Assembly (NCBI GenBank): GCA_965230955.1
Contig: OZ246404.1
Span: 289,184-353,183, forward strand
Direction of reading: 5' to 3'
DNA: 64,000 bases
Source of the DNA: an uncultured Candidatus Saccharibacteria bacterium
GTDB lineage: Bacteria > Patescibacteriota > CALEFQ01
The position numbers were made by a program, and so were the translations under genes. Below are positions 27,872-36,852 of the stretch, piece by piece. Positions within the stretch are counted from its first letter, which is position 1; each line of letters opens with the position of its first letter. The notes beneath the pieces were generated by a model, which ran no database searches, was not told the DNA's origin, and saw nothing but the letters and a program-made list of their open reading frames with translations.

Positions 27872-28954
27872 ATGTCGGATAATTTACCGGGACTTACTCA
27901 AATTTTGAAACAGATGTTTCGGCTATGGAGCCGAACCGGCTGGTCCGCCAAATGGCGGCTGGTCGTTTTGGGCTGGCATTTAAAACAAACGGAAAAACGG
28001 CGCCGTCAGCTCTGGCTGGAAAAAAAGCTTTTGGTCCCGATGGGTCTGGGTTTAAGCCCGACGATGAAATGCGATCTGGCTTGCCAAGGTTGTTACGCGC
28101 GTAACTATCCCCGTGGTCGGGAATTACCTCTGGCGGTTTGGAATCGGTTTCTCGGACAAGCCGTGGACTCCGGTGTTTTTTTCTTCGTGGTGACCGGGGG
28201 AGAGCCGCTCGAGCGTCCGGAGATTTTAAATTTGTTCGAAAATTATCCTTCGGCCTTGTTTTTACTGGTGACCAATGGCTTGAAAATAGATGAAACACTG
28301 GCATGCCGCCTGGCGCGTTTGGGGAATGTTATGCCGATGGTGAGTGTCGAGGGGTTTGAACCGGAGACTGATCAGCGCCGCGGGAAAGGAATGTATCGCA
28401 ATATCTTGAAGACATTGGAAATACTCAAGAAACAAAAAATATTGTTTGGGTTTTCCGCCACGGTGACCAAAAATAATGCGGCTGTTTTGGGGAGTGACCG
28501 ATTCATTGACGAAATGATTGACCGGGGCTGCACGGCCGGCTTCTATAATGATCTCATTCCCGTCCAAGCGGAAGATTTTTCTCTGCTTCCCGATAAATCC
28601 GCGGCGGAAAATTTCCGGTGGAACCTGAAAAATTGGCGTCAGCGGAAGCCGATTCTTTTGGTTCATTTACCGGATGATGAATATGATGAACAGGGCTTTT
28701 GCCGAGCGGTCCGTAGCGGAGCGATGCACGTCAATGCCCAAGGATTTGTTGAGCCTTGTCCTTTTGCCCATGTGGCACGGGAGAATATCAGCGACTGCTC
28801 TTTTGAACAGATTCTCGGCTCTCCTTTTTTGACGGCGATTCGTCAGCATCCGACAATGCTCAAGCAGGGCGATGTCGGTTGCGCGCTGGTGAGCAATCGA
28901 GCTGAACTGAATCTGCTGATGAAAAAACATCAGGCTCAGCCGACCGAGAAGTAA
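27872..28954 (+). CDS. Radical SAM protein with a C-terminal Cys cluster (SPASM/twitch-like)
   Basis: CxxxCxxC CDLACQGCY, glycine-rich VVTGGEPL, and C-terminal Cys in CRAVRSG...EPCPF...DCSF. Confidence 0.6.
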   Translation: MSDNLPGLTQILKQMFRLWSRTGWSAKWRLVVLGWHLKQTEKRRRQLWLEKKLLVPMGLGLSPTMKCDLACQGCYARNYPRGRELPLAVWNRFLGQAVDSGVFFFVVTGGEPLERPEILNLFENYPSALFLLVTNGLKIDETLACRLARLGNVMPMVSVEGFEPETDQRRGKGMYRNILKTLEILKKQKILFGFSATVTKNNAAVLGSDRFIDEMIDRGCTAGFYNDLIPVQAEDFSLLPDKSAAENFRWNLKNWRQRKPILLVHLPDDEYDEQGFCRAVRSGAMHVNAQGFVEPCPFAHVARENISDCSFEQILGSPFLTAIRQHPTMLKQGDVGCALVSNRAELNLLMKKHQAQPTEK

Positions 28955-29000
28955 AATTTTGCTAAATCGGCCGGATTTGATATATACTAGCTATTGTCTT

Positions 29001-30035
29001 ATGAATAAATTACTACTGATTGTAATTGTCTGTTTGATTATCGGCATAGCCGTTGTTTGGTGGTGGGGACGCAGTCCTTCCCCGGCGGCTGATATTTTGG
29101 ACGTGGGGCAAGAGTTGGTGGCCGATAATCAGGATCAAAGCTTCAAAAAAGAACCGGCAGTGCCAATTGTTTCCAAGGAGCCGGTTACTCTGCTGGCGGT
29201 CGGCGATGTGATGCTTTCTCGGCATGTCTGGACCAAGATCAAAGAGCACGGGGGAGATCCGCGTTATCCTTTTGTGGAAACGGCTCAATTTACCAAATCC
29301 GCGGATATTACTTTTGGAAATGTGGAAACGGCGGTTTCCGATCTATCCGCTCCGCCGGCCGAAGGGATGAGTTTCATCACTCCGACCAAGGCGATTGAGG
29401 GTCTCAAATATGCCGGGTTTGATATCGTGTCGCTGGCGAATAATCACTCGCTCAATTTCGGACGTGAAGCCCTGCTGGATAGCGTCAATCAATTGGCCGA
29501 CCAGGGAATCAAGTCCGCCGGCGCCGGCGAAAACATCGAATCGGCGCACGCCCCGGCGATTTTGGAAGTGAAGGGAAACAAAATAGCGTTCTTGGCTTAT
29601 CAGAATGTCGGTCCGGAAGACGCCTGGGCCGCCACGGCGACCAAAACTGGTCTAGCGTGGATGAATATTCCACAACTGCAACAAGATATTAAGGCGATTC
29701 GCGACCAGGTCGATTATGTCATCGTTTCGATGCATGCCGGCACTGAGTATGTCTTTGACCCGATTGCTTCGCAAAAAGAATTTGCTCATGCGGCAGTTGA
29801 CTCCGGGGCCGATTTAGTCATCGGTCATCATCCTCATGTGATTCAGGACAAAGAGATCTACAAAGACAAACAGATTATTTATAGTCTGGGCAACTTTGTT
29901 TTCGACCAGATGTGGTCGGAAGAAACCCGATTGGGTGAAGTCATGACGGCCACTCTCGATAACGGGAAGATTGAGGATATTAATTTTAAAACAGTTAAAA
30001 TCTTTGATTATTGCCAGCCGAAGCTTATTGATTAG
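29001..30035 (+). CDS. CapA/PgsA-family metallophosphoesterase (poly-gamma-glutamate synthesis/capsule family)
   Basis: N-terminal TM, LLAVGDVMLSRH, GFDIVSLANNHS, MHAGTEY, GHHPHVIQ motifs. Confidence 0.65.
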   Translation: MNKLLLIVIVCLIIGIAVVWWWGRSPSPAADILDVGQELVADNQDQSFKKEPAVPIVSKEPVTLLAVGDVMLSRHVWTKIKEHGGDPRYPFVETAQFTKSADITFGNVETAVSDLSAPPAEGMSFITPTKAIEGLKYAGFDIVSLANNHSLNFGREALLDSVNQLADQGIKSAGAGENIESAHAPAILEVKGNKIAFLAYQNVGPEDAWAATATKTGLAWMNIPQLQQDIKAIRDQVDYVIVSMHAGTEYVFDPIASQKEFAHAAVDSGADLVIGHHPHVIQDKEIYKDKQIIYSLGNFVFDQMWSEETRLGEVMTATLDNGKIEDINFKTVKIFDYCQPKLID

Positions 30036-30100
30036 TCTTTGGTCTTTAGTCTTTAGCCATAAAAAAAAGGCCAAAGACCAAAGACTAGAGACCAAAGACC
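30034..30100. repeat. Heptamer (AGTCTTT/GGTCTTT) palindromic element between capA-like and trxA
   Basis: TAGTCTTTGGTCTTTAGTCTTTAGCC-ataaaaaaaa-GGCCAAAGACCAAAGACTAGAGACCAAAGACC. Confidence 0.6.
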
Positions 30101-30114
30101 TTAATCAAAACCCC

Positions 30115-30429
30115 ATGACCATTCTTACGAAGGACAACTTCGACCAAGAAGTACTTCAATCTAAAGTGCCCGTCTACGTCGATTTTTTCGCCACCTGGTG
30201 CGGCCCCTGCCGGGCTTTCGCGCCGATTTTTGAGGAATTCGCTCAGGAAATGGGCGATAAAATCAAAGCTTATAAATTTGATGTCGATTCCTCCCAGGAT
30301 TTGGCGGCTCGATATGAAGTTCAGACCATTCCGACTATCGTACTTTTTAAGCAAGGGAAGGTCGCCGAGAGAGTGATGGGCGTAAAATCGAAAGAAGAAC
30401 TGCGCGGTATGCTGGAGAAAGAGGAATAA
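30115..30429 (+). CDS. trxA: Thioredoxin
   Basis: WCGPC active site; 104 aa. Confidence 0.85.
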   Translation: MTILTKDNFDQEVLQSKVPVYVDFFATWCGPCRAFAPIFEEFAQEMGDKIKAYKFDVDSSQDLAARYEVQTIPTIVLFKQGKVAERVMGVKSKEELRGMLEKEE

Positions 30430-30572
30430 TTCCCGCTATTTTGCTTCGAATTTTATTTAAAAAGCGAGGTCGAAACTCGCTTTTTAATATAATTGATTAA
30501 TTGCCGGTATCGGGACGAATGTTTATGGGCCATAAAAAAACCACCAACGTGGAGGTTGGTGGTTTTTACTGA

Positions 30573-31139
30573 TTATAGATCAGCGGAAGATGTCTTATAC
30601 ACAGTTACGGTCACCAGTGTTTTTTCAGTGAAGCTTACGCCGACCGACATGGTTCTCTCACCTTTAGTGGCGGTGTAATTCACGTATTTTTCGGCGCCTG
30701 AGCCCCAGGTATCCGTGGCATCAATGGTCCAGCCATTGGATTCGATTTGGGCTTTGTACCAGTCGGAGACTTTATCGACGCTGTCATCGGTCTCAAAAGT
30801 AGCGGAAGCGGAATCAGCATCTTCGCCGGAACCGACATGAGAAAAAGTCAGGGTCTTTTGGGCGTACAACGGCACGTCAGTCGGAAAATTCTTGGGCAGT
30901 TCAGAGGAGCCGAAGCTCATGGTGCCTTCTTCAGAGGTGATGGTCAGTGAATTGTCGGCTGAATTGACATCAACTTTTTCGCCGGTCGCTTTTTCCAGAA
31001 TTCGTTCGGTAGCGAGATCGGTAGTTTGCTCGGAAACCGCTTTCTGCAACGGATTGGTGCAGCCGGTGGCCGTCAGGGTAAAAATGGTGGCGACAGTCGC
31101 CAAACTCATGATGAGGGTCGTTTTTTTTGACATAAACAT
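30573..31139 (-). CDS. Lipoprotein, function unknown
   Basis: Signal peptide with lipobox LTATGC; Ser/Thr/Asp-rich mature part. Confidence 0.5.
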   Translation of the reverse strand: MFMSKKTTLIMSLATVATIFTLTATGCTNPLQKAVSEQTTDLATERILEKATGEKVDVNSADNSLTITSEEGTMSFGSSELPKNFPTDVPLYAQKTLTFSHVGSGEDADSASATFETDDSVDKVSDWYKAQIESNGWTIDATDTWGSGAEKYVNYTATKGERTMSVGVSFTEKTLVTVTVYKTSSADL

Positions 31140-31242
31140 TGGAATGCCGGTACTGCCGGTCTAGTTAGAACCTAAAACAGTACTGACTAAATTAAGCTGA
31201 CTGAGGCAGTTTAGCATAAGTGATAGAATTCTGCCAGCTCGC

Positions 31243-31300
31243 TTGACAGGTGCCGGCGAATAACTATAATGAATTTAGCACTCACCGCTTTCGAGTGCTA
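31243..31300 (+). promoter_or_regulatory. hrcA promoter (TTGACA-N15-TATAAT) with a perfect CIRCE operator TTAGCACTC-N9-GAGTGCTAA (31274-31300)
   Basis: -35 at 31243-31248, -10 at 31264-31269. CIRCE TTAGCACTCACCGCTTTCGAGTGCTAA matches the HrcA operator consensus exactly. Confidence 0.85.
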
Positions 31301-31349
31301 ATAAAGGCCGCTGTCGCTTTACCTGAGCGGACATCGGCGGATAAACGAT

Positions 31350-32117
31350 ATGACTGATCGACAAAAAGCCATTCTGGGAGCGATTGTCCGCGAATATACC
31401 GAAACAGCGGAACCTGTCGGGTCAAAAGTGCTTGTGGAAAAGTACTTCTTTAAGCTCTCGCCGGCTACGATTCGAAATGAAATGAAAGTGCTCGAAGAAG
31501 AAAAATTCATTGAGCAGCCGCATACATCCGCCGGCCGGGTGCCTACCAGCCGCGGTTATCGATTTTTTGTCGATACCATGATCAATTATGTCGATCTGGC
31601 GCGGCGCGAGCAGGTTAAATTTGAAACCAAGTTAAAGCAGATTCGTCTCGGTTACGACCGGGTTTTGAAAGAAGCGGCGAATATGATGGCCAAAATTTCC
31701 GGTAACGCTGCCTTGACGGAGACGGACCGCGAACACGCTTTCTGTTCCGGTATCGCGAATTTGCTGCATTTGCCGGAATTTTCCAATGTGGAAAAGGCTT
31801 GCAAGCTGGCAGAAGTTTTTGAACGCTTGAGCGAAGAGATTCCGGAAATCGAGCACAAAAAACCGGCGGCCAAAACGGGTGAAGTGGTTGTCTATATCGG
31901 CGCCGAAACAAAATTAACCAAAGAACTGGATTGCAGCTTGGTGATTTCCAATTATCAATTGCCGTCGGGGGAGACGGGGCATATCGCTATTATGGGGCCG
32001 ACGCGCATGAAGTACGATAAAAATATTTCCCTGGTCCGTTATTTGTCCAAACTGCTGGGCAGCACTATTTTCCCGGTTTTAGCGATAGTCATTTTAGACG
32101 CGACTAATGTTATCTAA
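31350..32117 (+). CDS. hrcA: Heat-inducible transcription repressor HrcA (short form)
   Basis: N-terminal wHTH with SPATIRNEM; located upstream of grpE-dnaK behind CIRCE. Confidence 0.75.
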   Translation: MTDRQKAILGAIVREYTETAEPVGSKVLVEKYFFKLSPATIRNEMKVLEEEKFIEQPHTSAGRVPTSRGYRFFVDTMINYVDLARREQVKFETKLKQIRLGYDRVLKEAANMMAKISGNAALTETDREHAFCSGIANLLHLPEFSNVEKACKLAEVFERLSEEIPEIEHKKPAAKTGEVVVYIGAETKLTKELDCSLVISNYQLPSGETGHIAIMGPTRMKYDKNISLVRYLSKLLGSTIFPVLAIVILDATNVI

Positions 32118-32122
32118 TCAAT

Positions 32123-32623
32123 ATGGTTATCAAGAAACCCGCCGATGCTTCGCCGGCCGCTATGCGTAAATTGGAATCGGAACTGAAGAAATTTCGCGAT
32201 TTGGCTGAGGAAAATCTGCGTGGTTGGCAGCGCGCCCGGGCGGATTATCAGAACTTGCTCAAACAATCGGCGCGGGAAAAAGACGACTGGGTGAACACCG
32301 CCAACGAACAATTGATTCTGGAAATCTTGCCGGTGCTGGATAATTTCAATCATGCTCTCAAGCACTTGTCGCCGGAGGCCGCTCGGCAGGATTGGGTAAA
32401 AGGAATATTATTCATCAAAACTCAGTTGGAAAATGTTCTTTCGGCTCAGGGCGTTTCCCCGCTGAAATCATGGCATCAGCCGTTTGATCCGCATCGACAC
32501 GAAGCGGTGGAAACGGTGCCTGGCCCGAGAGAGTTAAAGGATAAGGTGGTGGAAGAACTGCAAAAGGGTTATTTGCGCCAAGGCCGAGTGATTCGGGCGG
32601 CGCGAGTGAAAGTAGGAGGCTAA
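32123..32623 (+). CDS. grpE: Nucleotide exchange factor GrpE
   Basis: Coiled-coil N-terminus and GrpE C-terminal beta domain; operon context. Confidence 0.8.
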   Translation: MVIKKPADASPAAMRKLESELKKFRDLAEENLRGWQRARADYQNLLKQSAREKDDWVNTANEQLILEILPVLDNFNHALKHLSPEAARQDWVKGILFIKTQLENVLSAQGVSPLKSWHQPFDPHRHEAVETVPGPRELKDKVVEELQKGYLRQGRVIRAARVKVGG

Positions 32624-32681
32624 CCAGATTATTTATTAAAAGTTTAATCCCGTCCCGGGATTAAACAGCAAGCTAAATATC

Positions 32682-34568
32682 ATGTCAAAAATTCTCGGAA
32701 TCGATTTGGGGACGACTTTTTCCGCCATGTCCGTCGTCGAAGGCGGTAACTCCAAAATTGTCGAAAACAAAGAGGGCAATCGTACTACTCCTTCGGTAGT
32801 GGCGATGAGCAAATCCGGCGAAAGATTGGTGGGCTTGGTGGCCAAACGCCAGGCGGCGACTAATCCGGAAAATACCATTTTCAGCGCCAAGCGTTTTATC
32901 GGCCGCCGGTATTCCGATCCGGAAGTCCAGCGCGATAAGGAGCTGGTGCCGTTTGAGGTTCGGGAAGGGCGAGATAACGGCGTCGAAATCAAAATGGGCG
33001 ATAAATGGTTTACCCCGCCGGAAATTTCTGCGATGGTTTTGCAGAAGCTAAAGGCCGATGCGGAAGCCAAGCTCGGGACTACGATCAAAGAGGCGATTAT
33101 TACCGTGCCGGCTTATTTCGATGATTCTCAGCGCCAGGCGACCAAGGACGCCGGCAAGATCGCCGGTTTTGACGTGAAGAGAATTATCAACGAGCCGACG
33201 GCGGCGGCGCTGGCTTACGGCTTCGATAAAAAGAAAAATGAAAAGATCGTCATCTACGATTTGGGCGGCGGTACTTTTGATGTCTCTGTCCTGGAAGTCG
33301 GCGATGATACGGTGGAAGTAAAAGCCTCGACGGGCGACACCCACCTGGGTGGCGATGATTTTGACCAGATGATCATGGGGTGGATTTTGGATGAATTCAA
33401 GAAAGATCAGGGAATTGATTTGAAAAAGGATCAGCAGGCTCTGCAACGCGTCAAAGAAGCGGCGGAAAAGGCCAAATGCGAATTGTCGACTACGAATGAA
33501 ACCGAAATCAATCAGCCTTTCATCACGGTGGATTCTTCCGGTCCCAAGCATTTGAACATGAAGCTCACTCGGGCGAAATTGGAAGAACTGGTGGCTGATC
33601 TGGTGGAAAAAACCATGATCCCTCTCAAGAAAGCTTTGGAGGAATCCAAATTAGATAAGAACCAGATTGATGAAGTGGTTTTGGTCGGCGGGCAGACTCG
33701 CATGCCGAAAATTCAGCAAGTGGTGAAAGAATTTTTCGGCAAAGAACCGAACAAATCGATCAATCCGGATGAGGTTGTGGCGCTGGGCGCGGCTCTCCAG
33801 GGCGGTGTGATGCAGGGAGATGTCAAAGATGTCTTACTGCTTGATGTCACGCCTCTGTCTCTCGGCATTGAAACGCTGGGCCGGGTTAATACGACGCTGA
33901 TCGGTAAAAATACTACTATTCCGACATCGAAAACCCAGATTTTTTCCACAGCTTCTGACAACCAGCCCTCGGTGGAAATAAATGTTCTCCAGGGCGAACG
34001 GCCGATGGCCGCGGATTGCAAATCTCTCGGGCGCTTTGTGCTGGATGGCATCCCGCCGTCGCCTCGGGGCGTGCCGCAGATTGAAGTTAAATTCGATATT
34101 GACGCCAACGGCATCCTGAACGTTTCCGCGCTGGACAAAGCGACCAATAAGAAACAGCACATCACTATTACCGCTTCTTCCGGCTTGACCGACGCCGAAA
34201 TTGAAAAGATGCGCAAAGATGCCGAAGTCCATGCCGGCGAGGATAAAAAGAAACGCGAATTGATCGAAGAAAAAAATAAAGCCGAATCTTTGATTTTTCA
34301 GACTGAAAAAGTTCTGAAAGATGCGGGCGGTAAAGTCGATGACAAGATAAAGAAATCTGTTCAGGAAAAGGTGGATGCCCTGAAAAAGGTCAAAGACGGT
34401 GACGATACGGAAAAGATAAAGAAAGCGGCGGATGAATTATCCGTTGAAATCCAAAAGGTCGGATCACAAATGTACCAATCCGCCCAGGGAGCGGCGGCGG
34501 GCAAGGGCGGTCAACCGGGGAAAGATGAACCGGTTCAGGGGAAGGTGAAGGACGACAAAAAGAAATAA
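32682..34568 (+). CDS. dnaK: Chaperone DnaK (Hsp70)
   Basis: [16 protein letters not shown], and full-length Hsp70 architecture. Confidence 0.95.
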   Translation: MSKILGIDLGTTFSAMSVVEGGNSKIVENKEGNRTTPSVVAMSKSGERLVGLVAKRQAATNPENTIFSAKRFIGRRYSDPEVQRDKELVPFEVREGRDNGVEIKMGDKWFTPPEISAMVLQKLKADAEAKLGTTIKEAIITVPAYFDDSQRQATKDAGKIAGFDVKRIINEPTAAALAYGFDKKKNEKIVIYDLGGGTFDVSVLEVGDDTVEVKASTGDTHLGGDDFDQMIMGWILDEFKKDQGIDLKKDQQALQRVKEAAEKAKCELSTTNETEINQPFITVDSSGPKHLNMKLTRAKLEELVADLVEKTMIPLKKALEESKLDKNQIDEVVLVGGQTRMPKIQQVVKEFFGKEPNKSINPDEVVALGAALQGGVMQGDVKDVLLLDVTPLSLGIETLGRVNTTLIGKNTTIPTSKTQIFSTASDNQPSVEINVLQGERPMAADCKSLGRFVLDGIPPSPRGVPQIEVKFDIDANGILNVSALDKATNKKQHITITASSGLTDAEIEKMRKDAEVHAGEDKKKRELIEEKNKAESLIFQTEKVLKDAGGKVDDKIKKSVQEKVDALKKVKDGDDTEKIKKAADELSVEIQKVGSQMYQSAQGAAAGKGGQPGKDEPVQGKVKDDKKK

Positions 34569-34587
34569 CAGTCGTTAATAATGTTCC

Positions 34588-34630
34588 GGTAGGGGCAGGC
34601 CCCGCCGATTCGGCGGGGGCCGCCCCTACC
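34588..34630. repeat. GC-rich hairpin of the GCCGATTCGGC family: GGTAGGGGCAGGCCCCGCCGATTCGGCGGGGGCCGCCCCTACC
   Basis: Nested perfect palindrome downstream of dnaK. Confidence 0.6.
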
Positions 34631-34651
34631 AATGCAAAAAACCACTATCAA

Positions 34652-35608
34652 ATGACCATCGGCATCCCGCGCGCGGGACTTTACTATTTATATTATCCGT
34701 TTTGGAAAGCGTTTCTCGAAACGCTGGGTTTTACTGTTGTCTTGTCCGCTCCGACCAATCGCAATCTTTTGGAAGCGGGGTTGAAGGTGGCCAACAGCGA
34801 AACTTGTTTACCGATGAAATTACTGTACGGCCATATTCTGGATTTGCGCGGACGAGTTGATGCTGTTTTCTTGCCTCAAATGGATGAATGTCGTTGGGGA
34901 GAAGGCACTTACGGGACTTCGACTTACTTTTGCCCTTATTTTGTCGGTTTGGCGGATGTGATGGAAGCGGAATTTCCCGATCTGAAAATTTTGCGACCGG
35001 TCATGATGTTGCATGATAATGAGATAGTGTCCGAGACTTGGCTGGAATTCGGCCGTTCTCTCGGGAAAAAACCGGCTCTGGTGAAACAAGCCTTTGAAAC
35101 GGCGAATCGTGTTTATCGGTTATTTATCGACGAGCGCGAGAAACACAAACGGACGCCGATAGAAATTTTGGAGAAGCAGAAGCTGAACACGGGTAATTTT
35201 CGGAAGACGATTGCCTTGGTCGGACGTCCTTATCTCGTGTATGAAAGCGCGGCCAATTTGGAAATTATCAAAAAAATCAATCAGCGCGGCTATCGGGTCG
35301 AGACCATGGAAATGGTGTCCCTGGCCGACAGCCGGAGTGGTTTGCGGCAACTGCCTTATGCCCAGCGATCGCACTGGTACCAAACAAATGAAGAATACGG
35401 ATCGCTGATTCATTTTGGCCGGCGGTCCGATATCAAGGGAATCATTTATCTGGTGCCGTTCAATTGCGGTCCTGATTTCATGCTGGAAGAAGTTGTCATT
35501 TCCGACTTGCGTAAGCGAAAACCGGTGGCTATAATTTCCATCGATGAATCTACCGGCGAGGCCGGGCTGACGACGAGATTGGATGCCTTCCTTGATATGC
35601 TAAAGTAA
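34652..35608 (+). CDS. HgdAB/DUF2229-family subunit, set B subunit 1
   Basis: MTIGIPRAGLYYLYYPFWKAFLETLGFTVVLS; NSETCLPMKLLYGH; PFNCGPD; C-terminal IDESTGEAGLTTRLDAFLD. Confidence 0.6.
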   Translation: MTIGIPRAGLYYLYYPFWKAFLETLGFTVVLSAPTNRNLLEAGLKVANSETCLPMKLLYGHILDLRGRVDAVFLPQMDECRWGEGTYGTSTYFCPYFVGLADVMEAEFPDLKILRPVMMLHDNEIVSETWLEFGRSLGKKPALVKQAFETANRVYRLFIDEREKHKRTPIEILEKQKLNTGNFRKTIALVGRPYLVYESAANLEIIKKINQRGYRVETMEMVSLADSRSGLRQLPYAQRSHWYQTNEEYGSLIHFGRRSDIKGIIYLVPFNCGPDFMLEEVVISDLRKRKPVAIISIDESTGEAGLTTRLDAFLDMLK

Positions 35609-35612
35609 TTAT

Positions 35613-36773
35613 ATGATTTACGCTTCTTATCCGGCGCTCAACGAATACTTGGCCATGCGGGCTATGTTTCAATTTTTCGGCAAAAAATTTGCCGATTTGC
35701 CGCCGATTACCGATGAAATGCTGACCTGGGGTGAAGCCAAATCGCCGGAGTATGCTTGCTTGCCTTTTAAGATTTATCTCGCTTTTTGCCGGGAATTGGC
35801 TCGCCGAGGGATTAATGCTTTCTTTGTTCACGGTATCAGAAATATCCGCGCTTGCCGGTATATAGATTTATGGGAGGGAATTCAGAAAATAGTTCGGCGC
35901 GAGGGCTACCCTGATTTCACGGTTTATTCCTGGAGCGGTTATGGAGCGAAAAAATCATTCCAGACTTTACAAGAAATCATGGGCGGTCCGTCATACGCCA
36001 AAATGATTATCGGCGTTCTGGTATATTGCGCGACGCTTGATGCGACCGACCGTTTGAATGACTTGGCCAATGCCGCCCGGCCGCGGGAAATAATCGCCGG
36101 CAGCGTCGATAAGTGGCTGAGTGGCTGGCTGAAAAAGTTAGAAGCGGTTAATCGCAAAAGCCAACCGCCCCGGATTGTCGCGGCGGCTCGGAAGGATTTC
36201 AAAAAAATCAAACTGGATCAATCTCGTCCGATCGTTCGGGTGGCCTTGGCCGGTGATCTTTTCAAAATTCATGAACCGTTTTTCAATTTCGACACTATCC
36301 GGAAATTGAATCGTCTGGGAGTGGAGGTAAAACAGCCCCAGTCTTTTTCCCTGCTCTTCATGGGCGATAACAAAATTTGGCCGGGCGGTTATTATCATCG
36401 CCAAATCGCGAAATGCAAGAAAAAATCCAAGAAATATTTGAAATCCATCCCGGGCTCTTATTTGGATGTCGGCATCGGAGAAATTGTCGATCAATTGGAC
36501 GAGGGAGCGCAAGGCGTGGTGCATTTCCAATCTTTTGGCTGCATGCCCGATATTATGTTAAAACCGATCTTGGATCGGATCGCCAGAGATTATAAAGTTC
36601 CGATTATTCACTATATGCGCGATACTCATGCTTCGGACGCGGCCTACCAGACTCGTTTGGAAGCTTTTGCCGATTTATTAAAGCGAAAGGAACTAAATAA
36701 TAAAAATCAGAAGTACGAAATTAGAAATTCGAAACAATATTCAAATTCTAAGCACGGAAACCCCGGTGTTTAG
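35613..36773 (+). CDS. HgdAB/DUF2229-family subunit, set B subunit 2
   Basis: EYACLPFKIYLAFC; QSFGCMPD; DAAYQTRLEAFADLL. The C-terminal tail KYEIRNSKQYSNSKHG is encoded by a heptamer repeat. Confidence 0.6.
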   Translation: MIYASYPALNEYLAMRAMFQFFGKKFADLPPITDEMLTWGEAKSPEYACLPFKIYLAFCRELARRGINAFFVHGIRNIRACRYIDLWEGIQKIVRREGYPDFTVYSWSGYGAKKSFQTLQEIMGGPSYAKMIIGVLVYCATLDATDRLNDLANAARPREIIAGSVDKWLSGWLKKLEAVNRKSQPPRIVAAARKDFKKIKLDQSRPIVRVALAGDLFKIHEPFFNFDTIRKLNRLGVEVKQPQSFSLLFMGDNKIWPGGYYHRQIAKCKKKSKKYLKSIPGSYLDVGIGEIVDQLDEGAQGVVHFQSFGCMPDIMLKPILDRIARDYKVPIIHYMRDTHASDAAYQTRLEAFADLLKRKELNNKNQKYEIRNSKQYSNSKHGNPGV

Positions 36774-36824
36774 ACATTTTATTTATGATTTATGATTTGT
36801 TTCTGATTTCTAATTTCGGATTTC
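36715..36824. repeat. Heptamer (GAAATTC/GAAATTA) palindromic element overlapping the 3' end of gene 35613-36773
   Basis: ACGAAATTAGAAATTCGAAACAATATTCAAATTC ... ATTTGTTTCTGATTTCTAATTTCGGATTTC. Confidence 0.55.
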
Positions 36825-36852
36825 TTGCTTTATTTCATTAAAGAAATTAATT

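Noticed and set aside
28959-29000. TTG start at 28959 for the CapA-like gene
   Set aside because: A downstream ATG at 29001 immediately precedes the TM helix and is the more plausible start; the upstream extension is not conserved-looking.
30493-30678. 61-aa plus-strand ORF after trxA
   Set aside because: Short, no RBS, overlaps the 3' end of the convergent lipoprotein gene.
33048-34232. Several 130-170-aa minus-strand ORFs
   Set aside because: Antisense to dnaK.
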